Below are positions 52,984 through 61,982 of a stretch of 64,000 bases of DNA, piece after piece (the first letter of the stretch is position 1; each line of letters opens with the position of its first letter). The position numbers and the translations under genes were made by a program. Source of the DNA: Clostridiales bacterium Firm_04 (GTDB lineage: Bacteria > Bacillota > Clostridia > Oscillospirales > Ruminococcaceae); NCBI GenBank assembly GCA_001603005.1, contig LVAJ01000028.1, forward strand, positions 14,073-78,072, read 5' to 3'. A model generated the notes under the pieces. It did no database searches and was not told the DNA's origin. It saw only the letters and a program-made list of their open reading frames with translations.

Positions 52984-53118
52984 GCAGTTTCTTCCCGCTG
53001 CGGGAATCAACTGAACCATAGCGCAGACAAAGAGCATCGTTCCGTGCGGGCGGTGCTTTTTTATTCCCGCGCGCCGGCGCGACAGGGGCGTGTTCTTGTA
53101 GCGGCGCTGATTGTAGTT

Positions 53119-53694
53119 ATTTCAATCCACGCCCCTGTGCATGGGGTGATGCGGAAAGACCTACACGGTGACGGCAGGTTCTCAATTTCAATCCACGCCC
53201 CCTGCGAAGGGGGCGACCGCTGCTTCTCTCGTGTTCCTCGGCGTCCGGCTCTGATTTCAATCCACGCGCCTGTGCATGGGGCGACATAGCCGAGTGTTCC
53301 TGTCAGGACGGCAAGGCACATATTTCAATCCACGCCCCCTGTGCAGGGGGCGACGTCATAAGATCCAATATCATTAAAATCATTATGATTTCAATCCACG
53401 CCCCCTGTGCAGGGGGCGACAACCATGGGAGCCGGTCGAGACAGACACCAAAGAAAATTTCAATCCACGCCCCCTGTGCAGGGGGCGACTCTTGCTGTTG
53501 GTTGGTATCGTTTCTATATTTTTGTTATTTCAATCCACGCCCCCTGTGCAGGGGGCGACCTCTGTGCATACGGATACTTTTTGTGCATCTGATAATTTCA
53601 ATCCACGCCCCCTGTGCAGGGGGCGACCGCAGATGATGCAGGCTTTTATGCAGTTCATGCAATTTCAATCCACGCCCCCTGTGCAGGGGGCGAC
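53119..53694 (-). CRISPR. Type I-C CRISPR array, 9 repeats / 8 spacers, leader at the cas2-proximal (high-coordinate) end
   Basis: The 32-33-nt repeats start at 53119, 53185, 53254, 53322, 53388, 53457, 53527, 53595 and 53662. The minus-strand consensus is GTCGCCCCCTGCACAGGGGGCGTGGATTGAAAT. Spacers are 33-37 nt. The three lowest-coordinate repeats are degenerate, marking the trailer end. Confidence 0.97.
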
Positions 53695-53857
53695 AGCAAA
53701 AATGCCGAAAAGAAAGCCGGATTCCTGCGAATCCATTCAGCATTTTTGACAAATATTCCCGTTTCTATTCCGGCGGAATCACCGGCATGCGCGCGGAACT
53801 GCCGGAAAACCGGTGCGAATCCCCGCGGCTTTTTCTGTTTGCTTCCGGTTCGCACAA
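53695..53857 (-). promoter_or_regulatory. CRISPR leader region
   Basis: 163-bp non-coding stretch between the cas2 stop and the newest repeat, with an A/T-rich repeat-proximal part (TTCTTTTCGGCATTTTTGCT on the minus strand). Confidence 0.55.
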
Positions 53858-54148
53858 TCAGAGCACCAGCGGCGCATCCGCCGTCAGCGTCTCCTTGGCA
53901 CCGTGATGCTCCGCCTTTGCCCGCTGACTGTCATTCAGAAAGTAAAAGCGGAGAGAATCCTTTTCCGGCTCGATCTCGCCGAGCAGCTTCGCTTTCAGCA
54001 TCCGCCACTGCGCCGCATCAGCCTGACATTCAAAGACGGAATTTTGCACGCGGATCCCGTAATTCACGCAGATCTTTGCAATGCGCCGCAGCCGCTTCCG
54101 TCCTGCGGCATCTTCGGTATTGACATCATACGTAATCAGTATAAACAT
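53858..54148 (-). CDS. cas2: CRISPR-associated endoribonuclease Cas2
   Basis: 96 aa, MFILITYDVNTEDAAGRKRLRRIAKICVNYGIRVQNSVFEC... Confidence 0.95.
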   Translation of the reverse strand: MFILITYDVNTEDAAGRKRLRRIAKICVNYGIRVQNSVFECQADAAQWRMLKAKLLGEIEPEKDSLRFYFLNDSQRAKAEHHGAKETLTADAPLVL

Positions 54149-54151
54149 TGC

Positions 54152-55183
54152 TCATTTCCATAAAAAAGGCGGATATGCATCCAGATCGCCGCGCAGATAC
54201 CGCGCAAGCAGCAGCGCCTTCACATAGGGCAGCATGCCCCACTGCACCTTTTCATCGAGGAACGGATGCCGGATCTCATCATCCTTGCGCTTCTGCCATG
54301 CGGTGAGAAATGTCCGGCGCCCGTCGTCATGCAGCAGCACGGCACCGTCTTCCCGCAGATCAAACTGCTCCGGCGAAATCGTGCGCTTATTGATCAGCGT
54401 CAGCACAAAACGGTCGCACATCAGCGCGCGGAACTCCTCGACCAGATCCAGCGCAAGCGAGCGCCTGCCCGGACGGTCGGTGTGCAGAAATCCGACATAG
54501 GGATCCAGCCCGACCGCTTCCAGTGCGGATGTACACATGCCCGTGCAGAGCGCATATGCAAACGAAAGCAGCGCATTCACGCGGTCAAGCGGCGGACGCC
54601 GGCTTCTGACCGTGAACCGGAAATCGTCCTTTTGCTGAAGAATCATGTCATCAAAGACGGAGAAATACACGCTTGCCGCCTCGCCCTCAATGCCGCGCAG
54701 ACTGTCCGCGTCCGGCGCAGACATTGCCGTCTGAATGCTGTTTTGCAGATAGGAGGATTTTTCTTCAAATTTTGCGAGATCAATGCGCATGGCATGGTCA
54801 CGCATGGTGCGTTCGAGCGTCCAGCGGCTGTTATACAGCTTCGCTGCGATCATATTCCGTGCAATGCCGAGGCTTTCTGCGGGGCTGTTCGCAATGCGGT
54901 ACTGCGTCCGCCGCAGCAGAACATTCCCGTTGACTTCGCCTTCCGCGCGCGCCAGAAATCTGCCCGAACGCGATAGAAAGACCAGCTCCCGCGATTCGGA
55001 AACGCATTTCCCCATGAGTGCCGGACTCGCGCCGGCGCAGCCGAATGCCATGATGCGTTCCAGATTGTGCAGCGGCATTCTCGCAATTTCCTTATGATTT
55101 TCGGAGACCACAACATTTTCCCCGTCCAGCGAGAGGTATCTGTCCGGCGTTGTGAGATAGAGTGTATTGAGCAGCTTTTTCAT
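54152..55183 (-). CDS. cas1: CRISPR-associated endonuclease Cas1 (subtype I-C)
   Basis: 343 aa. MKKLLNTLYLTTPDRYLSLDGENVVV..., ...FAYALCTGMCTSALEAVGLDPYVGFLHTDRPGRRSLALDLVEEFR. Confidence 0.95.
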   Translation of the reverse strand: MKKLLNTLYLTTPDRYLSLDGENVVVSENHKEIARMPLHNLERIMAFGCAGASPALMGKCVSESRELVFLSRSGRFLARAEGEVNGNVLLRRTQYRIANSPAESLGIARNMIAAKLYNSRWTLERTMRDHAMRIDLAKFEEKSSYLQNSIQTAMSAPDADSLRGIEGEAASVYFSVFDDMILQQKDDFRFTVRSRRPPLDRVNALLSFAYALCTGMCTSALEAVGLDPYVGFLHTDRPGRRSLALDLVEEFRALMCDRFVLTLINKRTISPEQFDLREDGAVLLHDDGRRTFLTAWQKRKDDEIRHPFLDEKVQWGMLPYVKALLLARYLRGDLDAYPPFLWK

Positions 55184-55845
55184 GGATCACCGCCTTTCAG
55201 TGCTTCTGCCAGATATTCTGCCGCACTGCGCTTTTTTTCCAGCACGGGCAGACAGATGTCTTTTAACGAGCAGGCATTGCAGGCTTTTGTGCGCTTTACC
55301 TTCGGTGTATGCTGCCTGCGGTAGAGTGCGTGCATTTCCGCGAGCATATCCTTTGTTTTCTGACGCAGCGCATCATCCAGCGGAACCGTCTGCCGGCGGC
55401 GCGTTTCGCCGTAATAGAGATATGCCTGCGGGATCACGCAGCAGAGCATTTCTTCCAGACACATCGCCTGCGCGCAGAGCTGCACGGCATCGCAGTCGTC
55501 CTCTTTTGGCTTTCCGCGCTTATATTCCACCGGAATCACCTGATATGTGCTGTCCAGACCGTTTACGCGAATGCCGTCCGCGGATCTGTGAAACTCCACA
55601 ATATCGCATTCACCGCTGATGCCCAGCTCTGCAGACGCGACCTGCATGGCGCGTGTGATGATGATATCCCCGCGCTTTTCACGGAAATCGCTGTCATGCG
55701 CACGTTCATGCATGAGTCTGCCGTCGGCGGTGCGGAAATTTTCCGCCCACTGCTGTTCAATGTGGATCAGTGCCCACTGCCGGCGGCAGAATGCAAAATG
55801 CTGCAAACCCGAAAGCATCAGGTAGTCTTCCTCGCGGAACATCAC
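55180..55845 (-). CDS. cas4: CRISPR-associated exonuclease Cas4
   Basis: 221 aa. N-terminal Cys (FAFCRRQWAL) and C-terminal CxxC...C (KACNACSLKDIC). Carries the RecB-like motif DIVEF...VIPVEYKRGK. Confidence 0.92.
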   Translation of the reverse strand: MMFREEDYLMLSGLQHFAFCRRQWALIHIEQQWAENFRTADGRLMHERAHDSDFREKRGDIIITRAMQVASAELGISGECDIVEFHRSADGIRVNGLDSTYQVIPVEYKRGKPKEDDCDAVQLCAQAMCLEEMLCCVIPQAYLYYGETRRRQTVPLDDALRQKTKDMLAEMHALYRRQHTPKVKRTKACNACSLKDICLPVLEKKRSAAEYLAEALKGGDP

Positions 55846-56696
55846 ATCAGGTCGATGATCTCCGGTCTGACGCCGTCGATCTCTGCAAGCGTGATCTCGT
55901 AATCGTCAAAGCTGTGCGGCGCGGAAACGCCGTCTTTCAGCTCGATTTTCAGCGCACGGTGAATTTTCGCGGAGCTGACCTTCGGCGTTTTGCAGTCATG
56001 CTCCCACCAGTACACGCGGCAGACTTCCATGCTGCCTTCCGGTCTTGCCGAGGATGCGTCGTTCTCGAACAGCGTGCAGAGCGCTTCCTTGATCTTCGCG
56101 GCGTCTGCATCGGAGAAGCCGGTCTTTTCTGCAAGCTGACAGTTGATGCTGCCGTGAATGACATACAGACCGAATGCAACGCGGTGCTTCATGCCCATGG
56201 TATCGGATGCTTTGCTTTCTTTTCCGCTCTCGCCGTTGACGCTTTTTGTGATCTGCATGCTGATGATATCGACAGGGGAGATACTGACCGCCTGCTGAAT
56301 GCTGACCGGACCGCGCACGCCGACAGAGACCGGATCGCCCTTGAATGCAAACACCTGTCCGAAGCTGCGGACGTCGATCCATTCCTCGCAGGCTGCCTTT
56401 GCAAAGGCGTCGCGGTCGGTGTTTTTGCCGTTCATGATCGCTTTGAGCGCAGCATTCTGACCGGCGCGGGCATGCAGGGAATCGCAGCCGTCATCGCAGC
56501 GGTCATCGGACTGCACAAAGATCTTCTCGCCCATATCCTGCAGGCGGTTGCGGATCTTGCGCTTGATGCAGACGTCTGAAATTTCGCCGCAGCCGTCGAA
56601 GGCTTCGCGCGGGCGGTTGCCGTTCAGCGGATCGCCGTTTGGATTTGCATTCGTTGCGGTGATGATCACCGAAAAATCAATCTTATGATTCAGCAT
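55842..56696 (-). CDS. cas7: Type I-C Cascade subunit Cas7c (Csd2)
   Basis: 284 aa, MLNHKIDFSVIITATNANPNGDPLNGNRPR... Confidence 0.92.
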   Translation of the reverse strand: MLNHKIDFSVIITATNANPNGDPLNGNRPREAFDGCGEISDVCIKRKIRNRLQDMGEKIFVQSDDRCDDGCDSLHARAGQNAALKAIMNGKNTDRDAFAKAACEEWIDVRSFGQVFAFKGDPVSVGVRGPVSIQQAVSISPVDIISMQITKSVNGESGKESKASDTMGMKHRVAFGLYVIHGSINCQLAEKTGFSDADAAKIKEALCTLFENDASSARPEGSMEVCRVYWWEHDCKTPKVSSAKIHRALKIELKDGVSAPHSFDDYEITLAEIDGVRPEIIDLM

Positions 56697-56699
56697 GGG

Positions 56700-57065
56700 T
56701 TAGTCCTCCTCTTTTTTCTTGTAGATTTCCGCATTGAAATGATGATAGCCGAGCAGATATGCCGATGTCAGCGGGCTGTTATCCGCAAACGCATGCAGAT
56801 CGAATTTTGACATAACATCATTCAGCATTTTTTCGTAGTAGATACTTTTCGCACCGAGTTTCATCATGTACACGCGAAGCTGCGATTCGATTTTTGTCCA
56901 TGTGGTTGACGGACGGCTTGCGAACATACTCCAGTAGCGCTTTGCATTGGTGACGCGTCCGCCTTTGTCCGCGTCGTCATAGGACGCATATTCGGCAGCA
57001 TCCGCAATTGCAAGCAGGCAGCCGAACAGATAGCTGCGGTCGGTCTCATTCGGATCATAAGCCAT
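56700..57065 (-). CDS. cas11: Nested small subunit Cas11c: internal in-frame start within cas8c
   Basis: Minus strand reads AAAGGAGtcacctctATG at 57065, a strong SD with 8-nt spacing inside the cas8c frame. It gives a 121-aa product MAYDPNETDRSYLFGCLLAIADAAE... sharing the cas8c stop. Internal translation of Cas11 from cas8c is established for type I-C systems. Confidence 0.6.
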   Translation of the reverse strand: MAYDPNETDRSYLFGCLLAIADAAEYASYDDADKGGRVTNAKRYWSMFASRPSTTWTKIESQLRVYMMKLGAKSIYYEKMLNDVMSKFDLHAFADNSPLTSAYLLGYHHFNAEIYKKKEED

Positions 57066-58529
57066 AGAGGTGACTCCTTTCTTTTGTTCGATATTCTTCC
57101 TGCGGATCATGCCGCAGGCGGTTTCCAGAACGGTGCGGTGATTGTAGCTGTGCTCATATGCGAGCGGATAGGATGCTTTTTTCACCAGATTCTGCACGAT
57201 ATCTGCGGGAATGTGCCGCCCCTGTGTGATGCAGGGCAGCAGCCGCAGAACATTGTCCTTGACGGTCTCCGGCTTTGCTTCGAGAAAGCCCTTGCCGTTT
57301 TCCATGCCGTAAGCGCAGTTGATGATCTCCCTGACGGCAAAGGAATTGGGGCGCGAGACCTTTTGCTTTGCATAAAACCGCAGCACAGAGGTTTCCGCAT
57401 GCCATTTGCACAGCTGTTCCAGCAGACGGGAATGTTCCAGTTCTTCGTACATCGCAACGGAAAGCCGTCCGGTCGTTGCGGCATCTACGCCCATCAGCAT
57501 GACCTTGCTGTCAATTGCAAATGCCTTTGTACCGAAGATCTGTCTGCGGAGAAAATCGCGGTAAAGCGGCTCGGTATCCGGTTTGATCTCCGCGCCGAAG
57601 TTTTCATCGTCGTCCGGATCGCAGGCAGCGCTCAGAACATCGGGGGGATCGGTAAGACTGCTTGTCCAGACCAGCAGCGTCATGGTATCAAACGGGATCC
57701 CCTGCCGCTGAATCAGCCAGCGCAGTGCATTGTGCATTTTCTGCGAGAAATCGTAGCTGACGCGTAGTGCCTGTTTATCATCTAAGAATCTTCCTGCATA
57801 GGTGAGTGGCTGATTATTTATGCAAATCAATTTCGCATTTGCACATCTTGGAATGATTTGCTTAGAATGTTCTGTATTATCCATTATGGGCAAATGTTTT
57901 CCGGTTGCATAGCATAGATCGCTGGGGGCATTGGATTGTAAGCTGAGCGCATATTCTATATAGCAATTATACAGTGATTGATCGAGCCAAGTTCGACTTT
58001 CAGCGAACAAATCCGTGTATTGAACAACAAATCGAACAAATTGACTGATTGTCTTTTGATTATCAGCTGTCTTTTCTTTTATTGTAATGCAATTCGATTC
58101 AATAAGGTCACCTAATAAGGTGCGTTTCGTTAAATATGAATATACAGCTGAAACAGCAGGATGGGTATATTGACTGTTGTTCCATTTTTCAAGCTGATCA
58201 ATATAAGCCTGATAAAACTTTCCATACTTGGAATCATCAAAATACTGATCTGCATCGCCCGCAAGATAAAACAATTTATCTGCAAAAGGATGCGGCGGCG
58301 GAAATCTGCCTGATCGCTTTCCAGATGCTGCTGAAACGGGGATAATTGTATTCTTCCCATCCTCTAGCTGCCTTGCCGAAACAAAGCTGCCGTCCTGCTT
58401 CAGCGTGACCTCGATCTGTGCATTTGCGGTCGAATGCGAGACCGGCAGCAGCACCTTTCCGTCATCGGAATCCATGCCGCACTGCTGCTCATAGACCTTA
58501 TAAAGCTCCTGTGTCCAGCTCAAAATCAT
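56700..58529 (-). CDS. cas8c: Type I-C Cascade large subunit Cas8c (Csd1)
   Basis: ~609 aa sitting between cas5 and cas7. N-terminus M(I)LSWTQELYKVYEQ. Start is uncertain: ATG at 58529 or TTG two codons later. Overlaps the cas5 3' end. Confidence 0.88.
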   Translation of the reverse strand: MILSWTQELYKVYEQQCGMDSDDGKVLLPVSHSTANAQIEVTLKQDGSFVSARQLEDGKNTIIPVSAASGKRSGRFPPPHPFADKLFYLAGDADQYFDDSKYGKFYQAYIDQLEKWNNSQYTHPAVSAVYSYLTKRTLLGDLIESNCITIKEKTADNQKTISQFVRFVVQYTDLFAESRTWLDQSLYNCYIEYALSLQSNAPSDLCYATGKHLPIMDNTEHSKQIIPRCANAKLICINNQPLTYAGRFLDDKQALRVSYDFSQKMHNALRWLIQRQGIPFDTMTLLVWTSSLTDPPDVLSAACDPDDDENFGAEIKPDTEPLYRDFLRRQIFGTKAFAIDSKVMLMGVDAATTGRLSVAMYEELEHSRLLEQLCKWHAETSVLRFYAKQKVSRPNSFAVREIINCAYGMENGKGFLEAKPETVKDNVLRLLPCITQGRHIPADIVQNLVKKASYPLAYEHSYNHRTVLETACGMIRRKNIEQKKGVTSMAYDPNETDRSYLFGCLLAIADAAEYASYDDADKGGRVTNAKRYWSMFASRPSTTWTKIESQLRVYMMKLGAKSIYYEKMLNDVMSKFDLHAFADNSPLTSAYLLGYHHFNAEIYKKKEED

Positions 58530-59271
58530 CACCTCCCAGCAGATCCAGCTCCGGCTCATTCAGACCGGAGAAATTCCCGTGTTCCTGCCCGAACGGCTTG
58601 ATCTCCATTGCCTTGATGTGCCGCTTGACGGTGCAGTCCTTCGGCGGCAGAAATCCGATCACGCCGTTTTTCATGACCGGCGTCCAGAACCGGACAGTCA
58701 GCAGTCCCTTGTCGTCCGCGTTTTCGGCTTCGTCCGCATAGGTGAAGCCGTGCAGCATCAGGCTGTACGGGATCTCGCCCGCGTGATCGTAGGCACCTTT
58801 GCCGCTGCCGAATACACAAGGCTCCACATAGCCCTGACATTCGCGCGTGCCGAGGAAAATGTCGCGTCTGCCGCCGCGCTCGATCATGCGCCTTGCAATG
58901 TTGTGATGCTTGTGCTCATTGCGGTCGCATGCCAGTTCGGGACGGTTCATGTTCCATTCAAAATGCGCGCGCACCTGATAGCACACATCTTCGAGATAGG
59001 TGTAGTAGGCGAGGTCGTTGCCGCCGCCGTATTTGATCGTGCGGATGCCCTTGCGCACGGTGCGGATCGGGTTCATCACGCGCACAGCGTCGATATACCA
59101 GATCAGCGTCGGCTTCCAGTAGACGCTGTGCAAAATACCTTTCAGTGCTTCGTAGGTCGGGATCATGTAGGTGCAGCGTTCGCCGCCCGGCCGCGTCAGC
59201 ACATCAGTGAACAGCGCATATTTTCCGCTGACCTGAAATTCAACGGTGTTGCGGTGCTTCGGGTTGTTCAT
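58498..59271 (-). CDS. cas5: Type I-C Cas5c (Cas5d) pre-crRNA endoribonuclease
   Basis: 257 aa, ...VEFQVSGKYALFTDVLTRPGGERCTYMIPTYEALKGILHSVYWKPT... Confidence 0.92.
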   Translation of the reverse strand: MNNPKHRNTVEFQVSGKYALFTDVLTRPGGERCTYMIPTYEALKGILHSVYWKPTLIWYIDAVRVMNPIRTVRKGIRTIKYGGGNDLAYYTYLEDVCYQVRAHFEWNMNRPELACDRNEHKHHNIARRMIERGGRRDIFLGTRECQGYVEPCVFGSGKGAYDHAGEIPYSLMLHGFTYADEAENADDKGLLTVRFWTPVMKNGVIGFLPPKDCTVKRHIKAMEIKPFGQEHGNFSGLNEPELDLLGGDDFELDTGAL

Positions 59272-59301
59272 AACGGATCACTCCTTTCCTGTATGTATCT
59301 G

Positions 59302-61689
59302 TTACAGCAATAATACTTCGTGTTCGCCGCCTTCCAGCGTAATGCCGTAATCGGCATGATAAAAGCGTTTTTCAAGGATCTGCACGGAACAGTTCGGCAA
59401 GTTGCCGCAGTTCAGCGTATAAACCGCAGATTCACGGTCAAGCTTCTGCTTTGTGCCTTCGTAGATGCCGACGGCATATTTCTGTGCCTGCCGCAGCAGT
59501 CTGACGGTTTCCGCGGGGTTCTGCTCGCTGCCGAGCGCGGCTATGATCGCTTCTGCCTCTGCATTGTACGGCACGATCACATTTGTTGTGCGGGAGTCGA
59601 TCACCTGAAACAGACTGCCGGCTTTTTTGAACGCCTGCCCGCAGAATTGCAGATGCGGATTCCGCCTTTCAGTGCGGCGCCGGTTCAGCGACAGCAGGTT
59701 CAGAATATCCTGATCGTTCGTATCGTTCAGCGGATACCGCAGCAGATTTCTCGTTTCACCGCGTACATTCCGCTTCTGTGCATTCTGATAGAGCTTCCGG
59801 AAATAGCCGGACATCAGCGGAACGCTCAGAAAATCGGTATCCTCCGGCATATCAAGGATCTGCTCAGAGATTTTCTGTGCTTCTCCGATCTCCGCAAGAC
59901 TGCCGAGCTTTTCTTCATATAAATGCAGCACATACACGGGGCATTCTCTGTGATATTCGCCGTTCCGGTTGCAGCGTCCTGCCGCCTGTGCGGCATTGTC
60001 CATGCCTGCGAGCGAACGCACCACGCATCCGAAGGAAATGTCTACGCCTGCCTCGATCAGCTGCGTTGTGACACAGATCACAGGCTCCTGCGCGGAAAGC
60101 ATCCGCTTCATTTCGGCGATCGCTTCGCGCCGGTGCTGCGGACACATGCCGGTGCTCAGGTGAAAAACGGATGCGCCGTCCGTTTCGCGCAGCAGATGAT
60201 ACAGTTCCTTTGCGGATGCCTTCGTATTGACGACGACCAGCAGACTGCCGTTTTCCGCAAACTGCGTCCGGCAGAAATCGGCGGCTTCTTCATAGGAATA
60301 TCTGCCTTTTTTCTGCTGATACAGCAGCTTTGTGCGGCGGAATGCTTCAAAATCCGCTGCGGTATCGCCGGTCATGCTGCTGTTTTCATCCAGCAGCAGC
60401 GGGAACGCATCCAGCAGATCAAACGGCGGCTGTGTCGCAGAGCAGAGCACGACCGTGCTGCCGCAGATCCGCGACAGAAAATTCATTGCCAGATTGAACA
60501 TGTATACGCATTTCAGCGGGACGGACTGCACCTCGTCGATGATGATGACGGAACGGGACAGCCTGTGCATGCGCCGGACGGCACCGCTCTGTCCCGAAAA
60601 CAGCGCATTGAGAAACTGCACCATGGTCGTCGCGATCACCGGCGCATCCCATTTTTCTGTCCGCAGTTCATATGCATGCAGTCTGTCGTCGTTTTCCGAA
60701 ACCTCTGCAAGCATATTGGAATGGTGCTCCAGAAATGCCGATTCACCGGCTATTTCGCGGATCACATCGCTGTTCTGCTCCAGAATCGACATGAACGGCG
60801 CAATATAAATGATCTTTTCGACCGGATGCCGCCTTGCGTATTCAATTGCAAACCGCAGGGAAGAAAGCGTCTTGCCGCCGCCTGTCGGGACGATCAGTTT
60901 ACAGATCTGCACGTCATTGCATGCAAATGCTGCACAGCGGTCGGAAATGCTTTTGCGCTGCCGGGAGATCGCATCGGTTTTTCCGGAGAACGAATCCAGC
61001 TTCAGCTGCATCCGCTCCTGCATGCGCTGCCAGAGCTTTTCCGTATCATATTCCGCTTCTGTTCGGGTGCCGGACATAAAATCGGCTGTGTTTGTCCGGT
61101 CGGCGTCGATCAGGACGGATTGCAGCAGCCGTTCCAGTAATCCGAGATAAAATGCAAATGTTTCCCTGCTGTCTGCGGACATCTCCCGCAGCTTTTTCCG
61201 GAGCGGCGTGACCTCTGCTTCGGCAGCGGACAATGCAGTGCCGAGATCCGGCAGCCATGTTTCGCGTTGCAGATTCTGCATGATCTCTGCATAATACGAT
61301 TCTTTTGCGGTGCGGATCCGGAACACATCCTCTGCAGCGTCGTTTACCCAGTCATGCAGACCGTGATGCGACAAAATCACCCTGCCGATCAGTCCGGCGG
61401 TTTTCTGCATTTTGGGATCGGAGAACGGTTCTGCAAATTCTGCGAGATATTTCGCGCCTGCAAAGCTGTGATCCAGTTCGCCGCGCCGGAACGAATCCGG
61501 CTTGTGAATATAGGTGTTGAAATCGGCTGTCAGCTTTCCGATGTCATGCAGAAGGGCTGCCAGTTCCGCGGTTCTGGCAAGTCCGGCAGGTGCGCCGTAT
61601 GCGGCTGCACGTTCTGCGGTTTCAAGGCAGTGTTCTGCGACGGTCTGTTCGCAGCCGTCAGCAGGGCGGATATGTGCGGTGTTCTGCAT
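59302..61689 (-). CDS. cas3: Cas3 HD-nuclease/helicase
   Basis: 795 aa. HD domain (LAALLHDIGK, ILSHHG) and SF2 helicase motifs (PTGGGKT, IIIDEVQ, CSATQP, TQLIEAGVDI). Confidence 0.95.
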   Translation of the reverse strand: MQNTAHIRPADGCEQTVAEHCLETAERAAAYGAPAGLARTAELAALLHDIGKLTADFNTYIHKPDSFRRGELDHSFAGAKYLAEFAEPFSDPKMQKTAGLIGRVILSHHGLHDWVNDAAEDVFRIRTAKESYYAEIMQNLQRETWLPDLGTALSAAEAEVTPLRKKLREMSADSRETFAFYLGLLERLLQSVLIDADRTNTADFMSGTRTEAEYDTEKLWQRMQERMQLKLDSFSGKTDAISRQRKSISDRCAAFACNDVQICKLIVPTGGGKTLSSLRFAIEYARRHPVEKIIYIAPFMSILEQNSDVIREIAGESAFLEHHSNMLAEVSENDDRLHAYELRTEKWDAPVIATTMVQFLNALFSGQSGAVRRMHRLSRSVIIIDEVQSVPLKCVYMFNLAMNFLSRICGSTVVLCSATQPPFDLLDAFPLLLDENSSMTGDTAADFEAFRRTKLLYQQKKGRYSYEEAADFCRTQFAENGSLLVVVNTKASAKELYHLLRETDGASVFHLSTGMCPQHRREAIAEMKRMLSAQEPVICVTTQLIEAGVDISFGCVVRSLAGMDNAAQAAGRCNRNGEYHRECPVYVLHLYEEKLGSLAEIGEAQKISEQILDMPEDTDFLSVPLMSGYFRKLYQNAQKRNVRGETRNLLRYPLNDTNDQDILNLLSLNRRRTERRNPHLQFCGQAFKKAGSLFQVIDSRTTNVIVPYNAEAEAIIAALGSEQNPAETVRLLRQAQKYAVGIYEGTKQKLDRESAVYTLNCGNLPNCSVQILEKRFYHADYGITLEGGEHEVLLL

Positions 61690-61732
61690 GATTGTACTCC
61701 TTTCCTATTTTTATTTTACTATGTAGATTATA

Positions 61733-61761
61733 ATTATAACATAATGCTGCTTTTCTGTCAA
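61733..61761 (-). promoter_or_regulatory. Consensus sigma-A promoter (TTGACA-17-TATAAT) of the cas operon
   Basis: Minus-strand reading is TTGACAgaaaagcagcattatgtTATAAT, ~40 nt upstream of the cas3 ATG (RBS AAAGGAG). Confidence 0.65.
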
Positions 61762-61913
61762 TGATCCGGTGTGCAGATTTTTGCACATGATGCGTGTTTT
61801 TGGCGTATTATGTCGAATTGCAGATGAGAGAACGCCTTCCGGACTGCGATGCGGCGGCTTCCGGCAGGCGCAGACGGGATCTGCGCAAAGTGGGTACAGG
61901 CATCATTCGTCTG

Positions 61914-61942
61914 TTGACAAACTGCCCGAATCATACTATAAT
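61914..61942 (+). promoter_or_regulatory. Consensus sigma-A promoter (TTGACA-17-TATAAT)
   Basis: TTGACAaactgcccgaatcatacTATAAT, ~40 nt upstream of the ATG at 61983 (RBS AAAAGAGGTG). Confidence 0.65.
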
Positions 61943-61982
61943 GGGAGCAACTCATATCAAACGCGAAAAGAGGTGTTCTGTC

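Noticed and set aside
53490-53526. Spacer 6 (…TGTTGGTTGGTATCG…) resembling the 11-bp iteron TTGGTTGACAG (possible self-targeting)
   Set aside because: The shared string is only ~8 nt (GTTGGTTG), far below protospacer identity, and no other spacer matched sequence I could spot in the window.
53044-53855. Several 60-170-aa ORFs across the CRISPR array and leader (repeating ISIHAPCAGGD / FQSTPPVQGAT peptides)
   Set aside because: The periodic peptide is simply the translated CRISPR repeat, so this is not coding.
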